Assembly (NCBI GenBank): GCA_963692865.2
Contig: OY843592.1
Span: 3,232,001-3,296,000, forward strand
From: a bacterium
Lineage (GTDB): Bacteria; UBA8248
Reading direction: 5' to 3'
Length of the DNA: 64,000 nt
The notes below the pieces were generated by a model. It was not told where the DNA came from and did no database searches. It was given only the letters and a program-made list of their open reading frames with translations. The translations under genes were made by a program, and so were the position numbers. Of the stretch, positions 50,464-60,828 are shown in pieces. Position 1 is the first letter of the stretch, and every line of letters starts with the position of its first letter.

Positions 50464-50549
50464 TGGTGCCCGGGGCCGGACTCGAACCGGCACGGCCTCT
50501 CGGCCAAGGGATTTTAAGTCCCTGGTGTCTACCATTCCACCACCCGGGC
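50464..50549 (-). tRNA. tRNA-Leu (anticodon TAA)
   Basis: GCCCGGGTGGTGGAATGGTAGACACCAGGGAC-TTAAAA-TCCCT, long variable arm, GGTTCGAGTCC, CCA end. Confidence 0.95.
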
Positions 50550-50609
50550 AGGTGCGGGGAGAATACCCCACCCGGCGGCGTTTCCGCCACATTGATATTT
50601 CTTGAGGGG

Positions 50610-50937
50610 GGGGTTGTTGAAAAAATCGTCCTCGGTCGCGATTGGCCACCGCCGTCATTCCGGCGAAAGCCGGAATGACGAACAAAAATCACACCCCCTG
50701 GAACCGAAAGGGCCGTTCGCGAACGGCCCCTACGGCCCCCTGATCCGAGACGACGCAACCCACCCCCCTCATCCTGAGTAGCCCCGAGCTTGCGAGGGGC
50801 GTATCGAAGGACGAGGGGAGCCGACCCCCCCCCGCCGCGGCGAAAGGCAATCGCTCCCGCATTGGTCGCGATTGACCTTCGGTACGCGGCTTCGCCGCTA
50901 CTCAGGATGAGGCGGAGAAGGCTTTTTCAACAGCCCC
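50610..50937. mobile_element. MITE-like element carrying several REP modules
   Basis: GGGGTTGTTGAAAAA ... TTTTTCAACAGCCCC; inside CGTCATTCCGGCGAAAGCCGGAATGACG, GGGCCGTTCGCGAACGGCCCCTAC and a CCTCATCCTGAG pair. Confidence 0.75.
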
Positions 50938-50980
50938 ATATCGCCTGCCAGGAGCACCGCCGGGCAGGCCATTATGAAAC

Positions 50981-52255
50981 CTAGCCAGTGTACTCCATGA
51001 TGTGGAGGCCCAGCCCCCAGCGGTCGGCCATGTAGATGAGGCCGGTGTCCTTGTCCACCTGCACGTCGTTGCTCTGCGGGCAGCAGCGCTCCTTCGTGCC
51101 CGCGGGGATGTAGTAGCCCACCTCCTTGGGACGGAAGGGATTCGACCAGTCCACCACGCGAAGCCCTGCGTTGAACCAGGTGATGTACATGAGATCGTCC
51201 TTCGTCATGTCGAGCCAGATGTTGTGCGCGCCGTGTCGCGAGCCCGTCTTGTTCCATTTCTCGTCCAGCGGCCGCATCTCGACCGGGTCGATCTCGTAGG
51301 GCATGAACGTGCTCACCGGCAGCGGCTCGTGGATGTTCCTCAAGTCGTAGAAGGTCACGAACGCAGGGGGATGATCGCAGTTCACCGTGGTGGTCTCCTG
51401 CGTCACGATGCCGAACTCCGACCCCTCCGGCACCAGGAAGCTGTGGTAGCACCCCGCCCAGCCGTGCGTCTCGTGCGGGTTGTGGCGCCACATGAGTTCG
51501 GGCTTGGTGGGGTCGGTCAGGTCGAAGAGCGCGATGCCTGCGTCCCAGTAGCCCGCCGTCACGTAGTTCCCCCAGGGATTCCCCTCATGAATCCACGCGC
51601 CGTCGCCCACGATTTCGGGGTCCCAGGAGGGTTCTTCGCCGTCTTTCTGGCCGGGAACGTGGCCCATGCCGATGAACTCGGGCGCCCAGGGGTCCTTCAT
51701 GTCGTGGACGAGGAGCACCTTGCCCGCATAGCCGTCCTTGAAGCCCGAGCTGTAGAGGAGTTGGCGCTTCCGGTCATAGATCGGCCGGTGGACGCCGAAC
51801 CCGTCCACCTCCACGTAGTTCACGAACTTCGGGTTGAACGGGTCGCGGTTGTCGAAAATGCGCAGGCCGCCGACGGCGTCGGGGTATTGAGCGCGCAGGG
51901 AGGGCCTGAGCTCCGAGTTCGTGAGCAGCACCTCGTCGTTGATGCGCAGCACCTTGTGCGTGCGCGCCGCGGGGCTGTCGACGAGCTGGTTGATGATCCT
52001 GGGGTTCGCCGGGTCGGTGACGTCGAGAATCGTCATGCCGTCGTGGCCGTTCACGCCCGAGGCCGCGACGTAGCAGATGCCGCCGCCCACCTGAATCTGG
52101 AAGGCGTCGCCCCAGCCGTTCAGGTCCGAATGGGCGACGAGGCGGACGTTGTGCGCCTCCTCCTCCCAGGGTTCGGTGAGCACGTGGTCCACGCCGGTGT
52201 AGGCGTCGTTGCCGCCGCCGCGAATGGGGTTTGGATGATACCAGGGTCTGGGCAT
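50981..52255 (-). CDS. LVIVD-repeat (beta-propeller) protein
   Basis: GMTILDVTDPANP, GLRIFD..DP.NP, GIALFDLTDP..P, AGLRVVDWSNPFRPKEVGYY. Confidence 0.85.
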   Translation of the reverse strand: MPRPWYHPNPIRGGGNDAYTGVDHVLTEPWEEEAHNVRLVAHSDLNGWGDAFQIQVGGGICYVAASGVNGHDGMTILDVTDPANPRIINQLVDSPAARTHKVLRINDEVLLTNSELRPSLRAQYPDAVGGLRIFDNRDPFNPKFVNYVEVDGFGVHRPIYDRKRQLLYSSGFKDGYAGKVLLVHDMKDPWAPEFIGMGHVPGQKDGEEPSWDPEIVGDGAWIHEGNPWGNYVTAGYWDAGIALFDLTDPTKPELMWRHNPHETHGWAGCYHSFLVPEGSEFGIVTQETTTVNCDHPPAFVTFYDLRNIHEPLPVSTFMPYEIDPVEMRPLDEKWNKTGSRHGAHNIWLDMTKDDLMYITWFNAGLRVVDWSNPFRPKEVGYYIPAGTKERCCPQSNDVQVDKDTGLIYMADRWGLGLHIMEYTG

Positions 52256-52409
52256 GTTTCCTCCGTCTGAAATGGATGATGTCGAAAAACGGATTGTCGA
52301 AATTCGCCGGGTATTCTAGGGGAAGTGGGCGGGCCGGGAAAAGCGCTCGCGGGAGATTTTTCCCGAAACCGGGGGTGCGGACCGGGGGGCCGAAAAGCCC
52401 CCCTGACAA

Positions 52410-52745
52410 GGGCTCGTTGCAAAACCCCTTCCGCCCGGAATCGGCCACTGCCGTCATTCCAGCGAAAGCCGGAATCCATTTTCGCCTCTCGTCTTTGATT
52501 GTTCTCCCGGCGTCAGCCAGGATCAAGACACGGGAGAGCATACGGAGTCCGGGGCCGAAGAGGGCGGATGCGTTCCGGCGTTTTATTTCGTATTCGCCCG
52601 CGCATCAATCCATCCGAAAAGCGAAAAATCAAAATGGATTCCGGCTTTCGCCGGAATGACGAACAAAACCGCACCGCCTTTTGTAGCCGGACAGGCGCTG
52701 GGGCCTGTCCGGGGACCTGCGTGTCCCCCCCTGCGAAACCCTCTC
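52410..52745. repeat. composite REP region with degenerate TIR
   Basis: GGGCTCGTTGCAAAA end; CGTCATTCCAGCGAAAGCCGGAATCCA ... TGGATTCCGGCTTTCGCCGGAATGACGAACAAAACCGC; GTAG-type remnants. Confidence 0.6.
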
Positions 52746-52768
52746 CTCTCTTTCCTGAAGGGCCTCCC

Positions 52769-53890
52769 TCACTCCTCGCGGAACAGGCGGATGAAATCCT
52801 CGAATGGCGCGGGCGGCGACTTGGCGACTTCCATGTTCTCGGCGACGTGGGCCACTTGGCGCATCCCCACCAGGGCGACGGCCACGCCGGGCGCGCTGCG
52901 CGTGAACTGGATGGCGCGCTGCCCGTCGGTGGAAAAGCCCGGAAACACCTCCCCGATTACGGGGGGAAGCCCCTGGGCGGCGCGTCCCTGGAGGATGGAG
53001 CCGCTCGTCATGACGGTGACGCCGCTTTTGGCGGCCGCGGCGAGAAAACACGTCGTCTCCCCGCCCAGCGTCTGGTTGGGTTTGGAGAACGCCTCGGGCA
53101 TGCCCAGATTGAGCGGCAGTTGAACGACCCGGAAGTGGTGGTCCTCCCCGCCCGCGGCGCGCGCCGCGCCCAGGACTTCCTCCAGCGATAAATACTCCCC
53201 CTCGCCCGGCGACATGCGGTAGCCGTTCCAGGTGGCCGTGCCGTAGCTCCTGATCTTCCCCTCCGCGACGGCTTCTTCGAGCGTCTCGAAGGCGTCGCGC
53301 AGGCGGGCCAGGAACGCCTCGCGCGAGACCTCCTGAAGCTGCGTCTCGGGGTTGTGCACGTAGTAGACGTCGACCGTCTCCAGCCCCAGGTTCTCAAGGC
53401 TCGCGTCGAGTTCGCGCCGGATGTATGCGGGCGTCATGCAGTGGCAGTTCGCGACGATGTCCTGAGGAGCGCAGACCCCGGGATCGAAATAGGTTTTCCG
53501 CATGTAGTCGGTGAAATCCGCCTGCCCGGCCGGCGGATGGGCGTCGAAGGGGATGAACCCGCCCTTGGTGGATATGACGAGCGCCTCTCTGCCGACTTCA
53601 CCGCTCGCGAACAAGTCATCGAGCGCGGCGCGGATGCTCCTCTCGCTGCGCTGGAAGCGGTAGTTCACCGCCGTGTCGATGACGTTGCATCCGCCCCGCA
53701 CGGCGGCGGCTACCGAATCGCGGTAGGCGGCGTCGGTCGCCTCGTCCGCCTCTCCGAGATAGGTGCCGATACCGACCGAAGAGAGCCAAAGGCCGTTCAA
53801 ACGCCTGTAATGTTCGGGGTGGCAGACCGACGAATGGGTCTGCGCATAGCCTTGCGTGCCTTCCGTGGTGGCGAAACCTGCGTGGGCCAT
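52769..53890 (-). CDS. aldo/keto reductase
   Basis: [46 protein letters not shown]. Confidence 0.9.
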   Translation of the reverse strand: MAHAGFATTEGTQGYAQTHSSVCHPEHYRRLNGLWLSSVGIGTYLGEADEATDAAYRDSVAAAVRGGCNVIDTAVNYRFQRSERSIRAALDDLFASGEVGREALVISTKGGFIPFDAHPPAGQADFTDYMRKTYFDPGVCAPQDIVANCHCMTPAYIRRELDASLENLGLETVDVYYVHNPETQLQEVSREAFLARLRDAFETLEEAVAEGKIRSYGTATWNGYRMSPGEGEYLSLEEVLGAARAAGGEDHHFRVVQLPLNLGMPEAFSKPNQTLGGETTCFLAAAAKSGVTVMTSGSILQGRAAQGLPPVIGEVFPGFSTDGQRAIQFTRSAPGVAVALVGMRQVAHVAENMEVAKSPPAPFEDFIRLFREE

Positions 53891-54136
53891 TTTGACATCC
53901 TGTTGAAAGGGCAAGATGAGCCATCCTACACGCATTTGGGGCGGAAGGCGATGCGGCGGTTCGAAACACTCCGGCTCCTCAACCCAAAAATTCCCTTCTT
54001 GACACGGCCCCGCCGCATCATCAATAATGTTTTCACTCAGTCATTTCATGGAGGAACACCATTCTTCGGTGATGAAGACACTCCCCGTTGCGGGGATATG
54101 CTTCGTTCTTTTTTCATTCGTGGGGGCCCGAAGACC

Positions 54137-54601
54137 TTGGAAATCAACATCGGCATCAACGGCGAGAACCGGACGTTCGACGTGGAACCCAGAACCCTCC
54201 TTGTCCACCTGCTGCGCGATGACGCGGGCCTGACGGGCACGCACGTCGCGTGCGAAACCTCGATTTGCGGCGCTTGCACCGTTCTCGTTGACGGTCAGGC
54301 GGTGAAAAGCTGCACGGTCCTCGCCGCGCAGGCGCAAGGCTGCGAGGTGACGACCATCGAGGGGCTGGCCAACGGGGATCAACTTCATCCCTTGCAAGAG
54401 CAGTTCTGGGAGAAGCACGGACTGCAGTGCGGCTTCTGCACGCCGGGCATGATCCTGACGGCGAACCAGCTCATTGCGTCCAACCCCGATCCGACGGACG
54501 AGGAAATCAGGCACGGCATCGAAGGCAACATATGCCGCTGCACGGGTTATCAAAACATCGTCGACGCCATATCCGCGGCGGCGGCTCAGGTGAGGGAATA
54601 A
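54137..54601 (+). CDS. coxS: CoxS-like [2Fe-2S] subunit
   Basis: [31 protein letters not shown]; TTG start inferred. Confidence 0.9.
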   Translation: MEINIGINGENRTFDVEPRTLLVHLLRDDAGLTGTHVACETSICGACTVLVDGQAVKSCTVLAAQAQGCEVTTIEGLANGDQLHPLQEQFWEKHGLQCGFCTPGMILTANQLIASNPDPTDEEIRHGIEGNICRCTGYQNIVDAISAAAAQVRE

Positions 54602-54604
54602 GAG

Positions 54605-56932
54605 ATGGCCCAGGCACCCAAATTCATAGGCGCGCCCATCAAAAGACGAGACGATCCACGTCTCATCCAGGGCCTCGCCCACTACGTAGACGATTTCAAT
54701 CCACCAGGCACACTTCACATGGCATTGGCGAGAAGCCCATACGGCAAAGCCAACATACGCTCGGTCGACGTCTCGAAGGCGGCCGCGGCGGAAGGCGTCG
54801 TCGCCATATACACGCACGAGGAGACGAAGGGCATCGGCCCCGTTCCCGTGGGCGGCTTGGTACCCGACGCCAAGGTCCCCGTACAGCCGATTCTGGCCGA
54901 CAAGCAGGTTCTGTTCGCGGGCGAACCCGTCGTCGCGGTAGTCGCCGAGACACGTTACGGCGCGAGCGACGCAGCGGCGCTCGTAGAGATTGACTACGAG
55001 CCGCTGGACGCAGTCGTGGACCTCGAAGCCGCTCTCGAACCCGGATCCACAAAAGTGCACGACGACTATGAAAGCAACGAGGCGTTCAAGTGGGGGATCG
55101 CAGGCGGCGACGTGGAAGCCGGCATGCAGGAAGCCGACGTCATCGTCAAGGAGAAGATGACCAACGCCCGCGTCGCCCCGCTGGCTCTCGAACCCAGGGG
55201 CGTTCTGGCGCACTACCTCCCCGGCGAGGACAAGATGACGCTATGGACCTCCACCCAGGTGCCCCACAAGGTGCGCACGCTGGTGGCGCTCCAGATCGAC
55301 ATGCCGGAGAACCGCATGCGCGTCATCGCGCCCGAGGTGGGCGGCGGATTCGGCAGCAAGCTCAACATCTACCGCGAAGAGGCGCTCGCCGCTTTCGTTT
55401 CGCGCGAACTCGGCGTGCCGATCAAGTGGGTGGAAAGCCGTTCCGAGAACTTCCTGACCACCATCCACGGGCGCGGCCAGGTGGGCGAGATCGAGATGGG
55501 CCTCAAGAACGACGGCACAATCACCGCGTTCCGCTACAACGTGCTGGCCGACTGCGGGGCTTACTACCAGTTGCTCACCGTCGCCATCTTCACGCTGACG
55601 GGCCTCATGCTTCCCGGCCCCTACAAGATCGCGAACATCGAGATGAACGCCACCGGCGTGTTCACCAACAAGGTGGCGACCGACGCCTACCGGGGCGCGG
55701 GCCGTCCCGAGGCGACTTACATATTAGAGCGCATGATGGACATCGCGGCGAAAGAACTGGGTATGGACCCCGTGGAGATCAGGCGAAAGAACTTCCCGGA
55801 TAAATCCGAGTTCCCCTTCAGCACCTCCGCCGGCCTCAGCTACGACAGCGGGGACTACCACCTGGCGCTCGACCGCGCGCTCGAGGCGGCGGACTACCCC
55901 GCCATGCGCGCCCAGCAGGAAGAGGCCAGGAAAGACGGCAGGTATCTGGGAATCGGCTTTTCCACCTACGTCGAGATTTGCGGCATGGGGCCCTCAGCCG
56001 CCTTGGGCGGCCAGGGATGGGAGAGCGCGCGCGTCCGCGTGGAGCCCACGGGCAAGGCCACCGTGTTCTCGGGCGCGTCGCCCCACGGACAGGGCCAGCA
56101 GACCTCCTTCGCGCAGATCGTGGCGGACGGCCTCGGCATCGACGCGAACGACGTGACCGTCGTCCACGGAGATACGGACGTGGTTCCCTACGGCGTGGGC
56201 ACATTCGGCAGCCGGGGCACCGTGGTGGGCGGCTCTGCCGTCGTCTACGCGCGCGACAAGGTGCGCGCCAAGATGGCCAAGTTCGCGGCGATGGAATTCG
56301 AGGCGGACGCAAACGACATCGAGTTCGAGGACGGCAAGGTATTCGTCAGGGGCGCGCCCGAGAAATCGGCCGGCTTCGCCGACGTCGCGATGATGGCTTA
56401 CAGCGCCATCGCGCTTCCCGAAGACACCGAGCCGGGTCTTGAGGAGACGCATTTCTTCGAGCCGAGCAACTTCACCTTCCCCTTCGGGACGCACATCGTC
56501 CTGGCAGAGGTGGACCCGGAGACGGGCGACGTGGAAATTCTCCGCTACGTGGCGGTGGACGACGTGGGCAACATGATCAACCCGCTGCTCGTTCACGGGC
56601 AGATCCACGGCGGCATCGCCCAGGGGACGGGACAGGCCCTGGAGGAGGAGATGCTCTACGGCGAGGGAGGCCAGCCGCTGAACGCGTCGTTCATGCACTA
56701 CGCCTTGCCCAAGGCGAACCGCCTGCCCCGCTTCGAGCTTCTGCACACCACCACGCCGACGGACGTGAACCCGCTGGGCGCCAAAGGCGTGGGCGAGGCC
56801 GGCACCATCGGCTCCACGCCCGCGGTGGTGAACGCCGTGATCGACGCGCTTTCGCCGTTCGGCATCACGCACATCGATATGCCACTGCGCCCCGAGAGAG
56901 TGTGGCGCGCCATCGCCGAGAAGAGGGCCTAA
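54605..56932 (+). CDS. coxL: form II CoxL-like molybdopterin large subunit (xanthine dehydrogenase family)
   Basis: VGGGFGSK, AYRGAGRPE active-site motif (form II), HGQG, GTFGSR, KGVGEAG. Confidence 0.9.
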   Translation: MAQAPKFIGAPIKRRDDPRLIQGLAHYVDDFNPPGTLHMALARSPYGKANIRSVDVSKAAAAEGVVAIYTHEETKGIGPVPVGGLVPDAKVPVQPILADKQVLFAGEPVVAVVAETRYGASDAAALVEIDYEPLDAVVDLEAALEPGSTKVHDDYESNEAFKWGIAGGDVEAGMQEADVIVKEKMTNARVAPLALEPRGVLAHYLPGEDKMTLWTSTQVPHKVRTLVALQIDMPENRMRVIAPEVGGGFGSKLNIYREEALAAFVSRELGVPIKWVESRSENFLTTIHGRGQVGEIEMGLKNDGTITAFRYNVLADCGAYYQLLTVAIFTLTGLMLPGPYKIANIEMNATGVFTNKVATDAYRGAGRPEATYILERMMDIAAKELGMDPVEIRRKNFPDKSEFPFSTSAGLSYDSGDYHLALDRALEAADYPAMRAQQEEARKDGRYLGIGFSTYVEICGMGPSAALGGQGWESARVRVEPTGKATVFSGASPHGQGQQTSFAQIVADGLGIDANDVTVVHGDTDVVPYGVGTFGSRGTVVGGSAVVYARDKVRAKMAKFAAMEFEADANDIEFEDGKVFVRGAPEKSAGFADVAMMAYSAIALPEDTEPGLEETHFFEPSNFTFPFGTHIVLAEVDPETGDVEILRYVAVDDVGNMINPLLVHGQIHGGIAQGTGQALEEEMLYGEGGQPLNASFMHYALPKANRLPRFELLHTTTPTDVNPLGAKGVGEAGTIGSTPAVVNAVIDALSPFGITHIDMPLRPERVWRAIAEKRA

Positions 56933-56934
56933 GA

Positions 56935-57807
56935 ATGATTCCAGCTTCTTTCGACTACGTTCGACCACAATCGCTAGAAGACGCTCTCGCCAGGCTCGGG
57001 GAGCATGGAGAAGACGCGCGAGTCCTCGCCGGAGGCCATAGCCTCCTGCCCGTGATGAAGGCGCGGCTCGCCGACCCGGGCGTCCTCGTGGACATCGCGC
57101 ACATCGAGGGCCTCTCGGGCATCAGTGAAACAGAAGGCGGATTCACAATCGGCGCGATGACGACCCACGCCGAAATCGAGGCGTCCGCCCTGGTGCAGGA
57201 GAGATGCCGCGCCCTCGCCGAGGCGGCGGGATCGATCGGCGACGTACAGGTCAGAAACCGGGGCACGATAGGCGGCTCCCTCGCCCATGCCGACCCCGCC
57301 GCCGACTACCCGGCGGCCGTGCTGGCCGCGGGCGCGGAAATCACCGTCGCCGGCCCGGGTGGCGAGCGCGTCATCGGCGCGGATGACTTCTTCACCGGAA
57401 CGTACGAGACGGCCCTGGGCGCGGGCGAGATTCTCACCTCCGTCCGCATACGGGCTTCGGCCGCGCAAGGCTCAAGCGCGTATCTCAAGGCGGCGCAGCA
57501 GGCCAGCGGTTTTGCGGTTTGCGGCGTGGCGGCCCGACTCGCGCTGGGCGGAAACGGGGCCGTCGAGTCCATCCGCGTGGGCGTGACGGGCGTAGCCGCA
57601 ACGGCGTATCGGGCCACGAGCGTCGAAGACGCCCTCATGGGCAGCGCGCCGAGCGCGGAATCGATCCGCAAGGCGGCTGCGGGGGCCGGAGAAGGCGTCG
57701 ATGCGCTCGATGACTTCTACGCCGGGGCGGACTTCAGACGCCACCTGGCCGGCGTATACGCCGCGCGCGCCATCGGCAAGGCCTGGGTCCGCGCCTCGGG
57801 CAAATAA
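56935..57807 (+). CDS. coxM: CoxM-like FAD subunit
   Basis: MIPASFDY, LAGGHSL, QVRNRGTIGGS, ADPAAD. Confidence 0.9.
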   Translation: MIPASFDYVRPQSLEDALARLGEHGEDARVLAGGHSLLPVMKARLADPGVLVDIAHIEGLSGISETEGGFTIGAMTTHAEIEASALVQERCRALAEAAGSIGDVQVRNRGTIGGSLAHADPAADYPAAVLAAGAEITVAGPGGERVIGADDFFTGTYETALGAGEILTSVRIRASAAQGSSAYLKAAQQASGFAVCGVAARLALGGNGAVESIRVGVTGVAATAYRATSVEDALMGSAPSAESIRKAAAGAGEGVDALDDFYAGADFRRHLAGVYAARAIGKAWVRASGK

Positions 57808-57900
57808 CGCCTAAACTTCAGGCGTGCACGATTTCCAGGCAAGTGAGTTTTTCTTACATCGCCCCCACGCATTGGGGGCGATTTTCACGTCCGCAGTGTT

Positions 57901-58731
57901 TTGAAATTGAATAACTCCCCTCTCCTCCCCTCGATCCCCTGGCTCGCGCGCGAGAACGCGCGCTTCATCGCGCAGCTTCGCTCGCTCTCGGACGCCGACT
58001 GGACGAAACCCACCTTTTGCCCCGAATGGAACGCGGCCCAACTCGTCGGCCACATGACGGGCGGGGCCGTCTCCTACGCCGAGCGCATCCGGGCGGCGCG
58101 GCGGGGCGAGGTCATCATCTCGCTCGGCGCCGGGACGCCCGAGGAATTCCAGGCCGCGCGCGATGAAATCACGCGCAAATCCATCGCCATGTCTCCGGCG
58201 GAGCGCATCGAATGGATTGAGAGGAGCCAGGACGACCTCCAGGCCGAGATCGAACGCCTGGAACCCGGCGATCTGGACCGAGACCTCTGGCACCGGAAGG
58301 GGAACACGAAAGCGCGCACTTTTCCCGCTCAACGGCTCTACGAGGTGGCGCTCCACGGCTGGGATCTGGCCAACGACCCGAGTGCGCCGCTTGAGACCGA
58401 TTCGCTGGGCGCGCTCGTCGAGATTCTCGAATCGAGGCTTCCCCTCTACTTCAACCGCTCGGGCGCAACCGGACCAGCGGGCGTATTCCGCTTCGAGACG
58501 AGTCAGCCTGATGCGACATGGGAGATGGCGATTGCAGATGGCGTAGCGTCGGCGCTTGAAGGCCCCTCCGCCTCCCCCGACGCCGCTCTCTCCGCACCTG
58601 CGAGCGACATGGTGCTCCTGTGCGCGGGCCGGGCGGGTCGCGCGCAGAAAATCAAAAATGCCTCCCTCCGTATCGAAGGGGACGCGCAAAGGGCGGCCGC
58701 GCTCATGGACGTCCTCTTCCGGCCCTTTTAA
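57901..58731 (+). CDS. maleylpyruvate isomerase (MDMPI/DinB-like) family protein with SCP2-like C-terminus
   Basis: DW..PT.CPEW....LVGH, EVALHGWDL, LRIEGD. Confidence 0.8.
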   Translation: MKLNNSPLLPSIPWLARENARFIAQLRSLSDADWTKPTFCPEWNAAQLVGHMTGGAVSYAERIRAARRGEVIISLGAGTPEEFQAARDEITRKSIAMSPAERIEWIERSQDDLQAEIERLEPGDLDRDLWHRKGNTKARTFPAQRLYEVALHGWDLANDPSAPLETDSLGALVEILESRLPLYFNRSGATGPAGVFRFETSQPDATWEMAIADGVASALEGPSASPDAALSAPASDMVLLCAGRAGRAQKIKNASLRIEGDAQRAAALMDVLFRPF

Positions 58732-58751
58732 GGAGGCTCCGGGGATAAGGC

Positions 58752-59267
58752 ATGCGCATCGTCGTTGACGGATACAACCTCATCCCCGCCATCCCCGAGC
58801 TCAGGCGCGTTCTCCATCAGGATCTGGAAGCCGGGCGCGAGGGCCTCATCGAGATGCTCCAGAGCTACCGGAGAAATTCCAGCGGAAATCCCCGGATCAC
58901 CGTCGTATTCGACGGCAAATCCCACCACGACCACGGAGGCGGGAAAAGCGCGGGCGGGGTCGAGGTGCTCTTCTCCCGGCACGAAATCGCCGACGCGCTC
59001 ATCCTGCGCCTCCTGAAGGAGCGCTACAGGGGGGCCGTTCTCGTCACCTCGGACAGGGCGCTCGGCGAGGCGGCTGCGCCCTTCGCCTCGGCCGTTGTGA
59101 AAACGGGCGAGTTTCGCGACCGCCTCCAGCAGGCGGCCTTCATGGAGGAAGATTCTCCCGAGGATGAGCCACTCAAAACACCCAGACGGGACACGAAGAA
59201 GAAGGGAAACCCCAGGCGCGCCTCCAAGAAAGAGCGCAGGCGCAACCGGCAACTCAAGAATCTTTGA
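58752..59267 (+). CDS. YacP-like NYN domain protein
   Basis: IVVDGYNL, VVFDG, ADALI, LVTSDR, basic C-terminal tail. Confidence 0.85.
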   Translation: MRIVVDGYNLIPAIPELRRVLHQDLEAGREGLIEMLQSYRRNSSGNPRITVVFDGKSHHDHGGGKSAGGVEVLFSRHEIADALILRLLKERYRGAVLVTSDRALGEAAAPFASAVVKTGEFRDRLQQAAFMEEDSPEDEPLKTPRRDTKKKGNPRRASKKERRRNRQLKNL

Positions 59268-59327
59268 GGCGGCGCAGGGGCGGTTCGCGGACCCATGAGC
59301 GCCCTTCGATACAAACGCTCCTTTCTC

Positions 59328-59778
59328 GGGGTCGTTGAAAAAGCCTTCCCGAAGCTGTGGGGATACGATGGTTTTGTAGGGGCGGACCTGCGTGTCCGCC
59401 CGCCTTCGGGTATCCATCTCATAACGACAACGCAACGGTAAAACAGGGCGAACGCATGGGGCGGACACACAGGTCCGCCCCTACGGGAAACTTTCTTTTG
59501 GAGAGAGCGCAACGCCCGTCATTCCGGCGCAAGCCGGAATGACGGCAACCTTGTGTTTGGCCTGTTACGGACTCGGAACCCGGAGGGACAGGCCTCCGTG
59601 CCTGTCCTGACGAAAGACAACCACGGAGGGCAGGACAGGTCGCGACCTGTGGGACAGCCCCGAGGAGGGGCTGTCACTACGAAACCATCGCACCCACCCG
59701 CGCCGCTCGGAATTCCTCTCGGCAGCCGCTTGACCCTCCATGCCGCATGGAGCCGAAACGGACTTTTTCAATAACCCC
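59328..59778. mobile_element. MITE-like element carrying multiple REP modules
   Basis: GGGGTCGTTGAAAAA ... TTTTTCAATAACCCC; GTAGGGGCGGACCTGCGTGTCCGCCC pair, CGTCATTCCGGCGCAAGCCGGAATGACG, GGGACAGGCCTCCGTGCCTGTCC. Confidence 0.75.
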
Positions 59779-59915
59779 TCAAGGGGTAAGTGAGAAAAAC
59801 TCAAGCATGGGAGAGTGGTTTCGGGGAGGGAATGATGAATTTAACTGCCGGATTCTTTATGAATTGACCAACAAGAAGAAGCCGTCAATTCAGGCATATA
59901 ATTTCCCCTAACAAA

Positions 59916-60818
59916 CTATTCCGAGCGCAGCCTGGGGTCGAGCGTGTCGCGCACGGCGTCGCCGAAGAGGTTGAAGGCGAAAACGGCGGCTGTGATGGCG
60001 AGTCCCGGGAAAACGGGGATCCACGGAGCGCTTTCCGCGTATTCCTCAGCGCCCCCCTGAAGCATCAGCCCCCAGGCGGGCGTGGGTTCCTGAACGCCCA
60101 GGCCCAGGTAGGAGAGCGAGGCTTCGAGCAGGATCGCCTGGCCCAGGAAAGCAGTGAGCATGATGAGATAAGGCGCCATGACGTTGGGGATCATGTGCCG
60201 GAAGATGATGCGAATATGCGCGAACCCGAGCGCTCGCGCGGCGTCCACGTAGGGAATCTCGCGAATCGCGAGCGCGCTCGAGCGCACCACGCGGGCGCAT
60301 CTGGGAATCAGGGGAATCGTGATGGCCAGAATCACGTTCTGCGTTCCGGTACCGAAGATGGAAACCACCGAGAGCGCCATGATGATGAGCGGAAACGAGA
60401 TGAATATATCCATGAAACGCTGGAAGATCAGGTCGAATCGACCGCCGAAATAGGCGCTGCCCACGCCCAGGATGAGGCCGGCGGTGGAACCCAGGATGGA
60501 GGCCGAGAATCCCACGAACAACGCCGTTCTGGCCCCGAAAACGATGCGCGTGAAGATGTCGCGCCCGAACTGATCCGTTCCGAACCAGTGCGCAGCGCCC
60601 GGGGCGACGTGCATGCTGTCGAAGGCGTTCTGCACCGGGTCGTAAAAGGTGATGATGTTCGCCAAAGCAGCCAGCAGGATCATCACGATGACGGCGCATG
60701 CGCTCACCGCGCCCAGCGGCTTTTTCCTCGCCGTAACCTTGATCCTATCGACCCATGAGCGCTCGGAAAGCGCGTCGAAATCCATCTCGGAGACGGCGAG
60801 GTCACCCGGGGACGCCAT
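59916..60818 (-). CDS. peptide/nickel ABC permease (DppC/OppC family)
   Basis: HWFGTDQFGRD, YVDAARALG, HMIPN, EASLSYLGLG, LFGDAVRDTLDPR. Confidence 0.9.
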   Translation of the reverse strand: MASPGDLAVSEMDFDALSERSWVDRIKVTARKKPLGAVSACAVIVMILLAALANIITFYDPVQNAFDSMHVAPGAAHWFGTDQFGRDIFTRIVFGARTALFVGFSASILGSTAGLILGVGSAYFGGRFDLIFQRFMDIFISFPLIIMALSVVSIFGTGTQNVILAITIPLIPRCARVVRSSALAIREIPYVDAARALGFAHIRIIFRHMIPNVMAPYLIMLTAFLGQAILLEASLSYLGLGVQEPTPAWGLMLQGGAEEYAESAPWIPVFPGLAITAAVFAFNLFGDAVRDTLDPRLRSE

Positions 60819-60828
60819 GGCGGAACTC

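Noticed and set aside
50464-50549. tRNA-Leu as the att site of the island
   Set aside because: About 21 kb from the integrases with metabolic genes in between; no duplicated tRNA 3' end seen
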